DNA of 50,297 bases, from NCBI GenBank assembly GCA_036339875.1, contig JAYZAC010000122.1, forward strand, positions 1 through 50,297, given 5' to 3'. The position numbers and the translations under genes were made by a program. Positions 1 to 8,628 of this stretch are shown piece by piece. Each line of letters starts with the position of its first letter. Positions within the stretch are counted from its first letter, which is position 1. Under the pieces are notes generated by a model. That model was not told where the DNA came from and made no database searches. It was given only the letters and a program-made list of their open reading frames with translations. Origin of the DNA: a bacterium (lineage in GTDB: Bacteria; Muiribacteriota; UBA6191).

Positions 1-855
1 ATTGATTCTACATTTTCTGATGGTACACTCAAAGTCGGCGAGATATTTATTCCGGGTAGTAGTGGACGAGAGATTATATTGATTGCTCATCTTTGCCATC
101 CATGTCAGGTTGATGATGATTTAACTGGTGTAGTGGCGTTATTATCTCTCAGTGAAAAACTTCGAAAGCATAAGAACCATTATTCATATCGCATTCTAAT
201 TGTCCCAGAGACGATTGGAACAATAGCTCATTTAGCTAATAATGATGAGATTCTAGAATCTGCAGATTTTGGTATTTGTCTAGGTTCATTAGGTAATAAA
301 AACAATCTCAGTTTGCAGCAATCGCGTACGGGACATTCTATGCTTGATCTTGCTGCAAAAAATGTATTGAGAGAGACTTCTATTATCCATAGAGTGGGTA
401 AGTTTGGGGAGGTCATCGGAAATGACGAAAAAGTTCTGGAATCTCCTGGCGTAAGTATCCCGACGATTTCACTGACGAGATGTCAGCCATGGTTAGAAGG
501 TCGACCATTTCCAGAGTACCACAGTAGTCTTGATACTCCTGAAAAAATTACTTTAGAGAGAATAATAGAAGTTGAAGATATTGTTGAGAAAATACTGATG
601 CAGCTGAACTCAAATTTCTATCCGATACCAAAATTTAAAGGTCCGATTTATCTTACACCTTTAAACTTGTGGATTGATCCCCGAAAAGATCCTCAATACC
701 TCATCAAGATAAATGAACTAATGCAATTGCTTCATGAGGATGACTTAAGCATGATTGAAATTGCGAATAGGTTGGAAATATCGTATTCATTACTGATGGA
801 ATGGGTTGATACTTTTGAAAAGAATGAGCTTCTGTCTAGAAAAGCTATCGAGTAG
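1..855 (+). CDS. DUF4910-family aminopeptidase-like (M28-fold) protein with C-terminal winged-helix, 5'-truncated by the window edge
   Basis: Frame is open from base 1 (IDSTFSDGTLKVGEIFIPGSSGREIILIAHLCHP...). Family-type motifs HLCHP..DDDLTG, PETIGTIA, GNDEK, FPEYHSSLD. C-terminus resembles an HTH (LSMIEIANRLEIS). Confidence 0.8.
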   Translation: MDSTFSDGTLKVGEIFIPGSSGREIILIAHLCHPCQVDDDLTGVVALLSLSEKLRKHKNHYSYRILIVPETIGTIAHLANNDEILESADFGICLGSLGNKNNLSLQQSRTGHSMLDLAAKNVLRETSIIHRVGKFGEVIGNDEKVLESPGVSIPTISLTRCQPWLEGRPFPEYHSSLDTPEKITLERIIEVEDIVEKILMQLNSNFYPIPKFKGPIYLTPLNLWIDPRKDPQYLIKINELMQLLHEDDLSMIEIANRLEISYSLLMEWVDTFEKNELLSRKAIE

Positions 856-1032
856 TAACGATAATAATATAGAGTCCCATTGTTGATTCAAACAGGAGTA
901 TCTAGATTGTATTGGATGAAAGCTTCTATCTTCAATAGACTTACTCAGATGGTTTGGCTAGGCCTTAAATTAGTTATAGCGCTAGGTCATGGGGGTTACT
1001 GTCAAATTAATTTTTAATGAATGGAATAAATT

Positions 1033-1833
1033 ATGAGCTTAGACTATGACTATTCAATTAAGGATGTATCTAAGGCATTAGAGGAAATAGGAGTATCAAA
1101 GGGTGATCATTTGTTTATTCACAGCAATTTAGGTTATTTGGGTAAGCCTGAAGGCGGTTTAAATATCAGAAATATTGGTGATTCGATTTACCAAGGAATA
1201 AAGAATGTCATCAGCGATGAGGGTACGATTTGTATTCCTGCTTTTACCTATTCTTTTTGTAAAAATGAACACTACAATTCTGATTCAACTCCACCAGAAC
1301 GAATGGGAATGTTAACGGACTGGTTTATTGAAAACTTTAAAGGCAGTTTCAAACGTTCAAATGATCCAATTTTTTCTGTAATTTGTTGTGGAGGAATGTC
1401 CGAAAAATTTTCTAAGATCGATACAAATTCAAGTTTTGGAGAAGGTTCTTTCTTTGATAAGTTTTTCAAAGCATCTGGCAAATTGGTTAACTTTAACATG
1501 GACGCTGGTTCTACATTTTTACATTATGTCGAAAAGTGTCTAAATATTCCTTACCGAATGGATAAAGTTTTTACTGGAGTATCCATAGAAGATGGCATAA
1601 GGAAGAATGTGGAGTGGACATACTTTTGTCGTAACCTTTCTCATAAATATAACTTTCCTCAATTTGTAGTTTGGGACAGGGCCGCAAAAGAAGAGGGAAT
1701 TGTAAGGACATCCAAACTAGGTAGAGGAAGTGTGATTGCTTTAAATACAAAAGATGTATTTGAGCTTTTTAAAAGCCAGCTTGATTCCGATCCATATATT
1801 CTCACCGTAGGTAGTCCCAACTATTCGAGTTAG
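1033..1833 (+). CDS. AAC(3)-family (Antibiotic_NAT) N-acyltransferase
   Basis: GVSKGDHLFIHSNL, GTICIPAFTYSF, RSNDPIFS and STFLHYVE match the AAC(3)/YokD family pattern. Context is biosynthetic, not a resistance cassette. Confidence 0.85.
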   Translation: MSLDYDYSIKDVSKALEEIGVSKGDHLFIHSNLGYLGKPEGGLNIRNIGDSIYQGIKNVISDEGTICIPAFTYSFCKNEHYNSDSTPPERMGMLTDWFIENFKGSFKRSNDPIFSVICCGGMSEKFSKIDTNSSFGEGSFFDKFFKASGKLVNFNMDAGSTFLHYVEKCLNIPYRMDKVFTGVSIEDGIRKNVEWTYFCRNLSHKYNFPQFVVWDRAAKEEGIVRTSKLGRGSVIALNTKDVFELFKSQLDSDPYILTVGSPNYSS

Positions 1834-1890
1834 ATCTATTGACAACGACTTATACAATATTGAAAACTTGATTACAGAAAGGTAATTTTC

Positions 1891-2574
1891 ATGGCAGAAC
1901 AATTTGATGGATGGACTAAAGAATACAAAGATAGTAGGAAAAATGGGACAGATCTAGCTTGGCCAAGTGAAACGTTAGTGCGTCTGTTTAAGGGTAGATA
2001 CGTGAGAAATCTGAACTCTGATTTTTCTAATCAAAAAGTCTTAGATGTCGGTTTTGGAAATGGTCATAATTTATTTTTCCTGAGCTCATTAGGACTCTCC
2101 TGCTATGGATCCGAAGTTACTCAAGAGATTTGCGATTTGTGTGATAATCGTTTTAGGGAAATGAATGTAGAGGCTGACCTACGTGTTGGGAAGAACACTC
2201 AACTACCCTTTGAGGATAATTTTTTTGATTACTTAGTATCATGGAATGTTTTACATTATGAAGATAATGAGATTGATATAGTAAAAGGTATTCAGGAATA
2301 TAAACGTGTATTAAAGCCGGGCGGTCGATTAATGCTTTCCACAACGGGTCCTGATCATTTAATTCTTGAAAATTCAAAGACTTTAGGATGTCACCGATAT
2401 CAAATTGGGTTAGAGAATGAATTTCGGAAGGGGCAGGTATACTTTTACTTCGATAACCCCGCATATATCGATTATTATTTCAGTAAAGAATTCAAAGAAG
2501 TCGAGATAGGCCGAACCCGCTCAGACTTATTTAATGGAGTCTTAGATTGGTTTATTATTACCGCCATAAAATAA
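1891..2574 (+). CDS. Class I SAM-dependent methyltransferase
   Basis: VLDVGFGNG motif I, LPFEDNFFD, RVLKPGG. Confidence 0.9.
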   Translation: MAEQFDGWTKEYKDSRKNGTDLAWPSETLVRLFKGRYVRNLNSDFSNQKVLDVGFGNGHNLFFLSSLGLSCYGSEVTQEICDLCDNRFREMNVEADLRVGKNTQLPFEDNFFDYLVSWNVLHYEDNEIDIVKGIQEYKRVLKPGGRLMLSTTGPDHLILENSKTLGCHRYQIGLENEFRKGQVYFYFDNPAYIDYYFSKEFKEVEIGRTRSDLFNGVLDWFIITAIK

Positions 2575-2790
2575 TCGGGAACTCGATGGTCCGCTCAAAA
2601 AAGATGAGATGGGGATCAGCTCTGAAATATTCGTGTACTTTGACCCAGAACTAAATTAAACTCGAGAAGTCATTTACATTGACCGTTGCATTAGTCCATC
2701 AATGTCATAATCAGATATCTTTGTTTTGAATAAGAGTTAGATCTACGATTTTAATAGCAATTGATTCAAACATTTCAGGGAGTGGTAACC

Positions 2791-3837
2791 ATGCATGTAT
2801 TGGACACAACATTAAGAGACGGTAGCTATGCCGTCAATTTTCGATTTACTAGCCATGATACGAAAGTTCTTGGAGCTAAGCTTGAGGAAGCTGGCTTTCA
2901 GTGGATTGAAATAGGGCATGGAGTTGGTTTAGGGGCCTCAGAAAAAGGCAAAGGCGAAGCAATCGCAACCGATGAAGAGTATTTGAAGGCGGCGAGTGAA
3001 ACATTTAAATCGGCAAAGTATGGCATGTTTTGCATTCCGGGAATTGCTGAATTGGAGCATATTGACTTAGCTGCCCAGTATGGCATGAAGTTCATCCGTA
3101 TTGGTACCAACGTTACTGAAGTTGAGAGTTCTCAAAAATTCATTGAGAGAGCCAAAGGTTATGGCATGTACGTAACCGCAAACTATATGAAATCTTATGC
3201 AATCCATCCAACAAAATTTGCAGAACTTGCTTTGCTGAGTCAGAAATATGGCGCAGATTTACTATGTGTCGTGGATTCAGCTGGAGGCATGCTAAAGGAG
3301 GAGTTGGAACTTTATTTTAAGGCAGTTCAGGATGTAAGTGATATTCCATTGGGCTTTCATGGCCATCACAATCTGGGTTTGGGTGTTTCGCATTCCATCG
3401 AAGCTGTAAAACTTGGTGCAGTTATGGTTGATGGTTCCATGCAAGGATTCGGACGAAGTTCAGGAAACGCTCCTACTGAACAAATAGTTGCCTGTTTGGA
3501 TCGTATGGGGCTCAATCATGGCATTGATTTGATCAAGCTAATGGACATTAGTGAAACTTACATCAAACCGCTTATTAGAAAACGAGGACATTCGTCGCTT
3601 GATATTATCTGCGGATATTCTCAGTTTCATTCCTCTTACATGAAAACAGTTCAAAAATATTCAAGCAAATATGAAGTTGATCCTCGACTCATCATAATTG
3701 AACTTTGCAAAGTAAATAAGATGGATGCTCCCGATTCTTTAGTGAATGAAATTGCTCAAAATATAAGTGAGCATTCTGATAACTTTTTCACTGGAAGATT
3801 CGGTCTGGCCGATTACTTTGGGGAAGAGCAGAGTTAA
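2791..3837 (+). CDS. 4-hydroxy-2-oxovalerate aldolase-like DRE-TIM metallolyase (DmpG/MhpE family)
   Basis: DTTLRDG, EIGHGVGLG, DSAGGM, metal-binding HGHHNLGLG, GRSSGNAPTE and a DmpG-like C-terminal communication segment (GYSQFHSSY). ATG at 2791, preceded by GGGAG, is preferred over the TTG at 2761. Confidence 0.8.
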   Translation: MHVLDTTLRDGSYAVNFRFTSHDTKVLGAKLEEAGFQWIEIGHGVGLGASEKGKGEAIATDEEYLKAASETFKSAKYGMFCIPGIAELEHIDLAAQYGMKFIRIGTNVTEVESSQKFIERAKGYGMYVTANYMKSYAIHPTKFAELALLSQKYGADLLCVVDSAGGMLKEELELYFKAVQDVSDIPLGFHGHHNLGLGVSHSIEAVKLGAVMVDGSMQGFGRSSGNAPTEQIVACLDRMGLNHGIDLIKLMDISETYIKPLIRKRGHSSLDIICGYSQFHSSYMKTVQKYSSKYEVDPRLIIIELCKVNKMDAPDSLVNEIAQNISEHSDNFFTGRFGLADYFGEEQS

Positions 3838-3892
3838 GAATTAATACAATTTAATGAATTAATATATTTGTAGATAGAGTGGTTTGATTTGA

Positions 3893-5383
3893 ATGAATTT
3901 AGGTCCTGATTTACTGAAAGAGATTTACATTAAATATGGGGACTCAAAGTTTCTCATTGATGCAAAAACTAATTCAAAGTGTACATATCAAGATTTATTC
4001 CAGAGCTCTAGTGCATTAGCTTTTTGGTTAAAAGCTAATGGATTTTGTAAGGGTGATCGGATAGGGATTTGTCTAGAAAATTGTACAGAATACGCAATTT
4101 TATATTTTACCTGTTTATTGGGTGGTTTCATAGCAACCCCTATTAATAACAGCTTACATTATGATGATATTAAGTTCATTGTTGAAAATGCAGATATAAA
4201 AATTCTGTTTGCATCGAAAATCACCATTCCACTTGTAGAAGATATTTTTCCAGAAATCGGTATAGTTCAAAGTGATACAGTAAAATCAAAATTTGGAGAT
4301 GTTAACTTTAAAGCTTCTAATGAATTACAGACTAAATTAGACGATATTGATTTTGATTGCCTCTGGACTTTACATTTTACCTCAGGCACAACGTCTTTCC
4401 CTAAGGGGGTATTCCATACTCCTAGATCATTATTTTCGAGTGCGATTAATTTTAATTCTGCTGTGCAATTAAATCAGACAGATCGATTTTTCCAAGTATT
4501 TTCGATGGCCTACATGGCTGGATTTTTAAATTCACTTCTATGCCCTTTATTGGTAGGGGGTAGCGCCGTAATTGAAGATGCTTTTACCGCCAGAAGGGCA
4601 TTAAATTTCTGGAAGACGGTGATAGATTACCAGATTAATAAATTATGGTTGACTCCAAGTATACTTAGACTATTGCTTAAACTTGATCGTGGAAATTCTG
4701 GCGTTGATTGGTGTTCTAAAAATATAGATCATATCTTTGTAGGTACGGCTCCGGTACCATTTGAGCTTAAGAAGTCCTTTGAAGATCGATATGCAACAAA
4801 TGTTCTCGTGAGTTATGGTCTTTCAGAATGTTTATTTCTTGCTACAGAAACTCCGCATACGGCAACAAAAAGCTGCTCCGTAGGACAAGTTTTACCTAAT
4901 TGCTTACTTCATTTTAATAATGGAGAAATTCATGTTAAGTCAGATTCGATGATGTCTGGGTATCTCAAGCCACATGAGAGTAGTTATTTAGACGAAGATG
5001 AATATTTTGCAACAGGTGATGTGGGATATCTTGAAAACGATCTTCTTTTCATCACTGATCGAAAAAAAGATATTATCATACGCTCAGGTTTGAATATTTC
5101 TCCTCGAAAGATTGAGGAGCATCTATTGAGGTATGATCAAATAAGTGAGGCATATGTGATTGGTATTGATAATGAATTACTTGGGGAAGAAGTAGTTGCA
5201 GTGATTCTAACGAGGGCAGGGCAGAACTTGGAAAGAAATGAGTTAAAAGCGCATTGTTTGAAGAGATTGTCCCAATCGGAGCTACCCGATAGATATGTTT
5301 TTGATATGGATATTCCATTGAATTCGAATGGAAAAGTTAACAAGAGCAAATTAAAAAAAATAATCTCAATCGGAGAGAGCTAG
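3893..5383 (+). CDS. Class I adenylate-forming enzyme (acyl-CoA/acyl-carrier ligase)
   Basis: FTSGTTSFPKG P-loop, YGLSE, FATGDVG, DRKKDIIIRSG, LNSNGKV catalytic Lys motif. Confidence 0.9.
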   Translation: MNLGPDLLKEIYIKYGDSKFLIDAKTNSKCTYQDLFQSSSALAFWLKANGFCKGDRIGICLENCTEYAILYFTCLLGGFIATPINNSLHYDDIKFIVENADIKILFASKITIPLVEDIFPEIGIVQSDTVKSKFGDVNFKASNELQTKLDDIDFDCLWTLHFTSGTTSFPKGVFHTPRSLFSSAINFNSAVQLNQTDRFFQVFSMAYMAGFLNSLLCPLLVGGSAVIEDAFTARRALNFWKTVIDYQINKLWLTPSILRLLLKLDRGNSGVDWCSKNIDHIFVGTAPVPFELKKSFEDRYATNVLVSYGLSECLFLATETPHTATKSCSVGQVLPNCLLHFNNGEIHVKSDSMMSGYLKPHESSYLDEDEYFATGDVGYLENDLLFITDRKKDIIIRSGLNISPRKIEEHLLRYDQISEAYVIGIDNELLGEEVVAVILTRAGQNLERNELKAHCLKRLSQSELPDRYVFDMDIPLNSNGKVNKSKLKKIISIGES

Positions 5384-5389
5384 AGTTCT

Positions 5390-6172
5390 ATGATACTGGG
5401 GTTAGACCATATTGCCTTGAATACTATAGATTTGAGTAGTACCGAAAAAGAATTGATTAATCTTGGCTACTCATCTCGATTTTGTGAACTTGATTTGTTA
5501 AACGATACCAATAAAATTCCATTTTTATGGCATTACGAAAAACGTCACCACATCAATTTGTTACATGCAGTAGGCTGCACACCGATAGAGATAACCGTTC
5601 ATCATACTCATACTGCAAACTCCTCTGAGCTAATTCATATTTCCATGTTAGCTTCTCCCAATAATTGTAAGCGCAATGATTCAGAAATTGATGAATATCT
5701 GGAAAAGTATTTTGGTGATGAGTATCTCGGATTTTTTAATACCTCGATCATTCCGACTCCGATAATTGGTCTTTCCTCAAATTCTAAGCATTCTTCTTTT
5801 TTAGCTTACGAAGTTGAAAACCTTGCAGCTGGTATTGCGTTCTGGGATCAATTTTTGGGTGCAAGGTTGACTCTATCGGATAACGCTAACTTTGCTGTTC
5901 TGACAGTTAACTCGCCAGTCAAAAGTTGGTCTTTAGGGTGCCTTTTATTTAAGGGTAGGAAAAGGTCAATACCCATGCTTGATGACGCAGGTTTGACCTG
6001 TACTGCTATACTGTGTACAAATCTTGATAGTCATTTGACTGAATACACAAAAATATTTGAGTCCGATTGTATTATGCCTTTTACTGTCAACATTAACAAT
6101 AAAGCCATTCGTTTAGCCTTGCTTCGAGGCCCTCATGCTGAAATTTATGAGCTAATTGAAATTGAAAGGTAG
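5390..6172 (+). CDS. Putative VOC/glyoxalase-fold protein
   Basis: N-terminal GLDHIALNTIDL and C-terminal LLRGPHAEIYELIE resemble VOC-fold termini. Tightly packed in the operon. Confidence 0.5.
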   Translation: MILGLDHIALNTIDLSSTEKELINLGYSSRFCELDLLNDTNKIPFLWHYEKRHHINLLHAVGCTPIEITVHHTHTANSSELIHISMLASPNNCKRNDSEIDEYLEKYFGDEYLGFFNTSIIPTPIIGLSSNSKHSSFLAYEVENLAAGIAFWDQFLGARLTLSDNANFAVLTVNSPVKSWSLGCLLFKGRKRSIPMLDDAGLTCTAILCTNLDSHLTEYTKIFESDCIMPFTVNINNKAIRLALLRGPHAEIYELIEIER

Positions 6173-6174
6173 TT

Positions 6175-6852
6175 ATGCAAACTAAAAAAACATATGTTGA
6201 TTTGACTCACACCATTCATGAGGGTATGACGACCTATCCAAGACATTGGCATCCAATTGTTGAAATCACTCAAGTTGGTAGGCATGGAGTAGAGGGTCGG
6301 GAAACTCGAAAAATCTGCATGGGCTCTCATACAGGTACTCACATTGATGCACCGGCTCATTTCATTGAAGGTGGTAAAACTGTAGATGAGATATCTCTGG
6401 AAGTTTTATGTGGTCCAGCTATTATGATTGATTTCACGGATTTAGATAGAAACACCGAAATTTCTGTAGAGCTCATGGAAAGTCGATTTCCCGAATCTTT
6501 TCCCGAAAGAGTTGTGCTTCGCTATGATTGGTCCCAATATTTCAGTACTATGAAATTTTATGAAGATCATCCCTATCTGAGTTCGGATGCTGCAAAGTGG
6601 CTTGTTTCGAAGGGTGTGAAGCTATTAGCAATGGATTCATCTATGCCTGATTCTTCGGTACAACACGAAGAGTGTAGCATCGACTCTCCTATTCATAAGA
6701 TCTTGTTAGGTAGCGATGTTGTTTTGGTAGAATACCTTACGAATTTGAAAGAGATTAAGGCCAAGTTTTTTAACTTGTACGTTTTACCATTAAAAATCAA
6801 ATGTGGCGATGGAGCGCCTGTGCGATGTATTGCTGAAATTGAAAAGGTTTAA
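6175..6852 (+). CDS. Cyclase-family metal-dependent hydrolase (kynurenine formamidase KynB-like)
   Basis: VDLTH, HTGTHIDAPAHF signature, IHKILL, VEYLTNL, PLKIKCGDGAPVR. Confidence 0.9.
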   Translation: MQTKKTYVDLTHTIHEGMTTYPRHWHPIVEITQVGRHGVEGRETRKICMGSHTGTHIDAPAHFIEGGKTVDEISLEVLCGPAIMIDFTDLDRNTEISVELMESRFPESFPERVVLRYDWSQYFSTMKFYEDHPYLSSDAAKWLVSKGVKLLAMDSSMPDSSVQHEECSIDSPIHKILLGSDVVLVEYLTNLKEIKAKFFNLYVLPLKIKCGDGAPVRCIAEIEKV

Positions 6853-6858
6853 TCTGGA

Positions 6859-7104
6859 ATGAATCAGATAGAGATTTTTTTAGTCAAGTGGTTTGAGGAA
6901 AAGGGTATTCCTCCAGAAATAGATCAAGCAAACTTAAGTACGATTAATATTTTTGACTCGGGATTGATTTCCTCTTTAGAGGTGATTTTTTTAATAAGTG
7001 ATCTGGAGGAAAACTTTTCCTTCAAATTTAATGAAGAAGCATTTCAGGACCGAAGATTTAATACTATCTCTGGAATTTCTGAAATCGTTTCAGAGCTTAT
7101 CTAG
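6859..7104 (+). CDS. Stand-alone acyl/aminoacyl carrier protein
   Basis: 81-aa acidic protein with IFDSGLISSLEVIFLISDLEENF (DltC/ACP-like) and FNTISGI. Lies in the same run as the AMP-ligase. Confidence 0.75.
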   Translation: MNQIEIFLVKWFEEKGIPPEIDQANLSTINIFDSGLISSLEVIFLISDLEENFSFKFNEEAFQDRRFNTISGISEIVSELI

Positions 7105-7178
7105 TCAATATAACTACAATAGTTGTAAGGTCCTAGGCTTCATCTGAGCAGTATGGCTCTTATCCAACTTGTTTATCC

Positions 7179-8549
7179 CTAAAGCAAGCTATTTAAATAA
7201 CATGCCATCACCTTCATACCTTTACGACCTTGCTCCCAACGAAATTCTTCGTTAGGGCAATGATAGCCATCTGACATTAGACTCTGGGCAATCAGTACGA
7301 TAGGCACTCCGGGCAACACTCGCTGAAATTGCGGAAGGCTGCCTATGGTTCCACCACAACCAATAAAAAGTGGGTCGCTACCAAAACCCTGTCTGCACGC
7401 TTCTCTGGCCAGTTCCATGTGTGGATGTTCCAAATCAGCGAGGACGGCCTTCTGACCACCTAATGAAGTAACTTGTATTTCTGGATGAACTTGCTGGAGA
7501 AAGCTTTGGAGACAATTAACCAGATGCTCTGGTTCTTGTCCAGGTATCAAGCGCATGCTGACTTTAGCTTTAACATCATAAGGAATTGCAGATTTCATTG
7601 CCCCAGGTTCATATTGAGCACCTTCAAATCCATGTACTTCAAAAGTAGGCAAATGCCAAATTCTTTCGAGAATCTTAAAACCATCTTCTGTATGTAAAGT
7701 GGCGTCAGCGCTATCTTGCTTAAATTTATCTAAATCGAATTGATCCGCTACAGCTCTTAAACGTTTTTGTTCATCTTCATTCATCTCGGGACAGCCATCA
7801 AAGAAACCTGGAATCAAAATATTACCCTTGGAGTCAACACAGCGACTGAGAGCTTGAATAATTGTATTAAGAGGATTAACGACACCATTTCCAAACATAC
7901 CGCTATGCAAGTCTTTATTACCAGTCTTCAAGCCTACTTCCACTCTCAGCATACCCTTTAATTTATACGTTATTGCTGGTCGACTACCCTCAAATACTGT
8001 ATCACTTACCAAAATAGAATTAGGTTTTTTCAGAGCGTCTTGATGATCGTCCAAAAATTGGCCAAAGAATGGACTACCCGTCTCTTCTTCCGTCTCATAG
8101 ATGATTTGAAGATTAGGACTGGGAATGTTGTTATCCAGAAGGAATTTTATACCGTAAAGTATGCTTAAGGCCGGACCTTTATCATCAGTACTACCTCTGG
8201 CAATTATTTTTTCATCTGTAACAACTGGTTCGAAGGGTTCTGTAACCCACTGTGGTTCATCGGCAGGTTGAACGTCCATGTGGTTATATATGGTTACCCA
8301 GGGTAGTTGAGGGTCTCGTTCAAGCTGCGCAACAAAGACAGGATTACCTTTGGTTTCTATGATACGATTTTCAAAGCCTAGAGATGCAGTAATCTCACCT
8401 ACCGCTTGTAAAATATTAAAGAACTCAGTTTGATCAGTAACTCCTGGTGAGATACTTCGGATTTTCACCAGTCGGATAAGTTGCTCCTTATAGCATTCAA
8501 GATTTTCGTAGCTGAATTTTTCTACCGCGTCAGCGTGATTCCAGACCAT
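7179..8549 (-). CDS. M20-family metallo-dipeptidase (ArgE/DapE/CNDP-like)
   Basis: YNHMDVQP, ARGSTDDKG, ETEEETGS, DLHSG, YHCPNE. AGGAG RBS upstream. Confidence 0.9.
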   Translation of the reverse strand: MVWNHADAVEKFSYENLECYKEQLIRLVKIRSISPGVTDQTEFFNILQAVGEITASLGFENRIIETKGNPVFVAQLERDPQLPWVTIYNHMDVQPADEPQWVTEPFEPVVTDEKIIARGSTDDKGPALSILYGIKFLLDNNIPSPNLQIIYETEEETGSPFFGQFLDDHQDALKKPNSILVSDTVFEGSRPAITYKLKGMLRVEVGLKTGNKDLHSGMFGNGVVNPLNTIIQALSRCVDSKGNILIPGFFDGCPEMNEDEQKRLRAVADQFDLDKFKQDSADATLHTEDGFKILERIWHLPTFEVHGFEGAQYEPGAMKSAIPYDVKAKVSMRLIPGQEPEHLVNCLQSFLQQVHPEIQVTSLGGQKAVLADLEHPHMELAREACRQGFGSDPLFIGCGGTIGSLPQFQRVLPGVPIVLIAQSLMSDGYHCPNEEFRWEQGRKGMKVMACYLNSLL

Positions 8550-8628
8550 TTTATCTCCTATTTTTGAAGGAATTTTCGTTGATAACCCATCGATGGTACC
8601 TAGAAGCTAGATCTCTTTCAAGACATAT

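Noticed and set aside
856-1032. Possible ncRNA or riboswitch in this gap and in the 2575-2790 gap
   Set aside because: No convincing stem pattern or known motif was found by eye. An Rfam/Infernal scan would be needed.
1033-1833. Aminoglycoside resistance gene (aac(3))
   Set aside because: The fold family matches, but the gene sits within a biosynthetic-type cluster with no mobile-element or integron context. Resistance cannot be claimed from the sequence.
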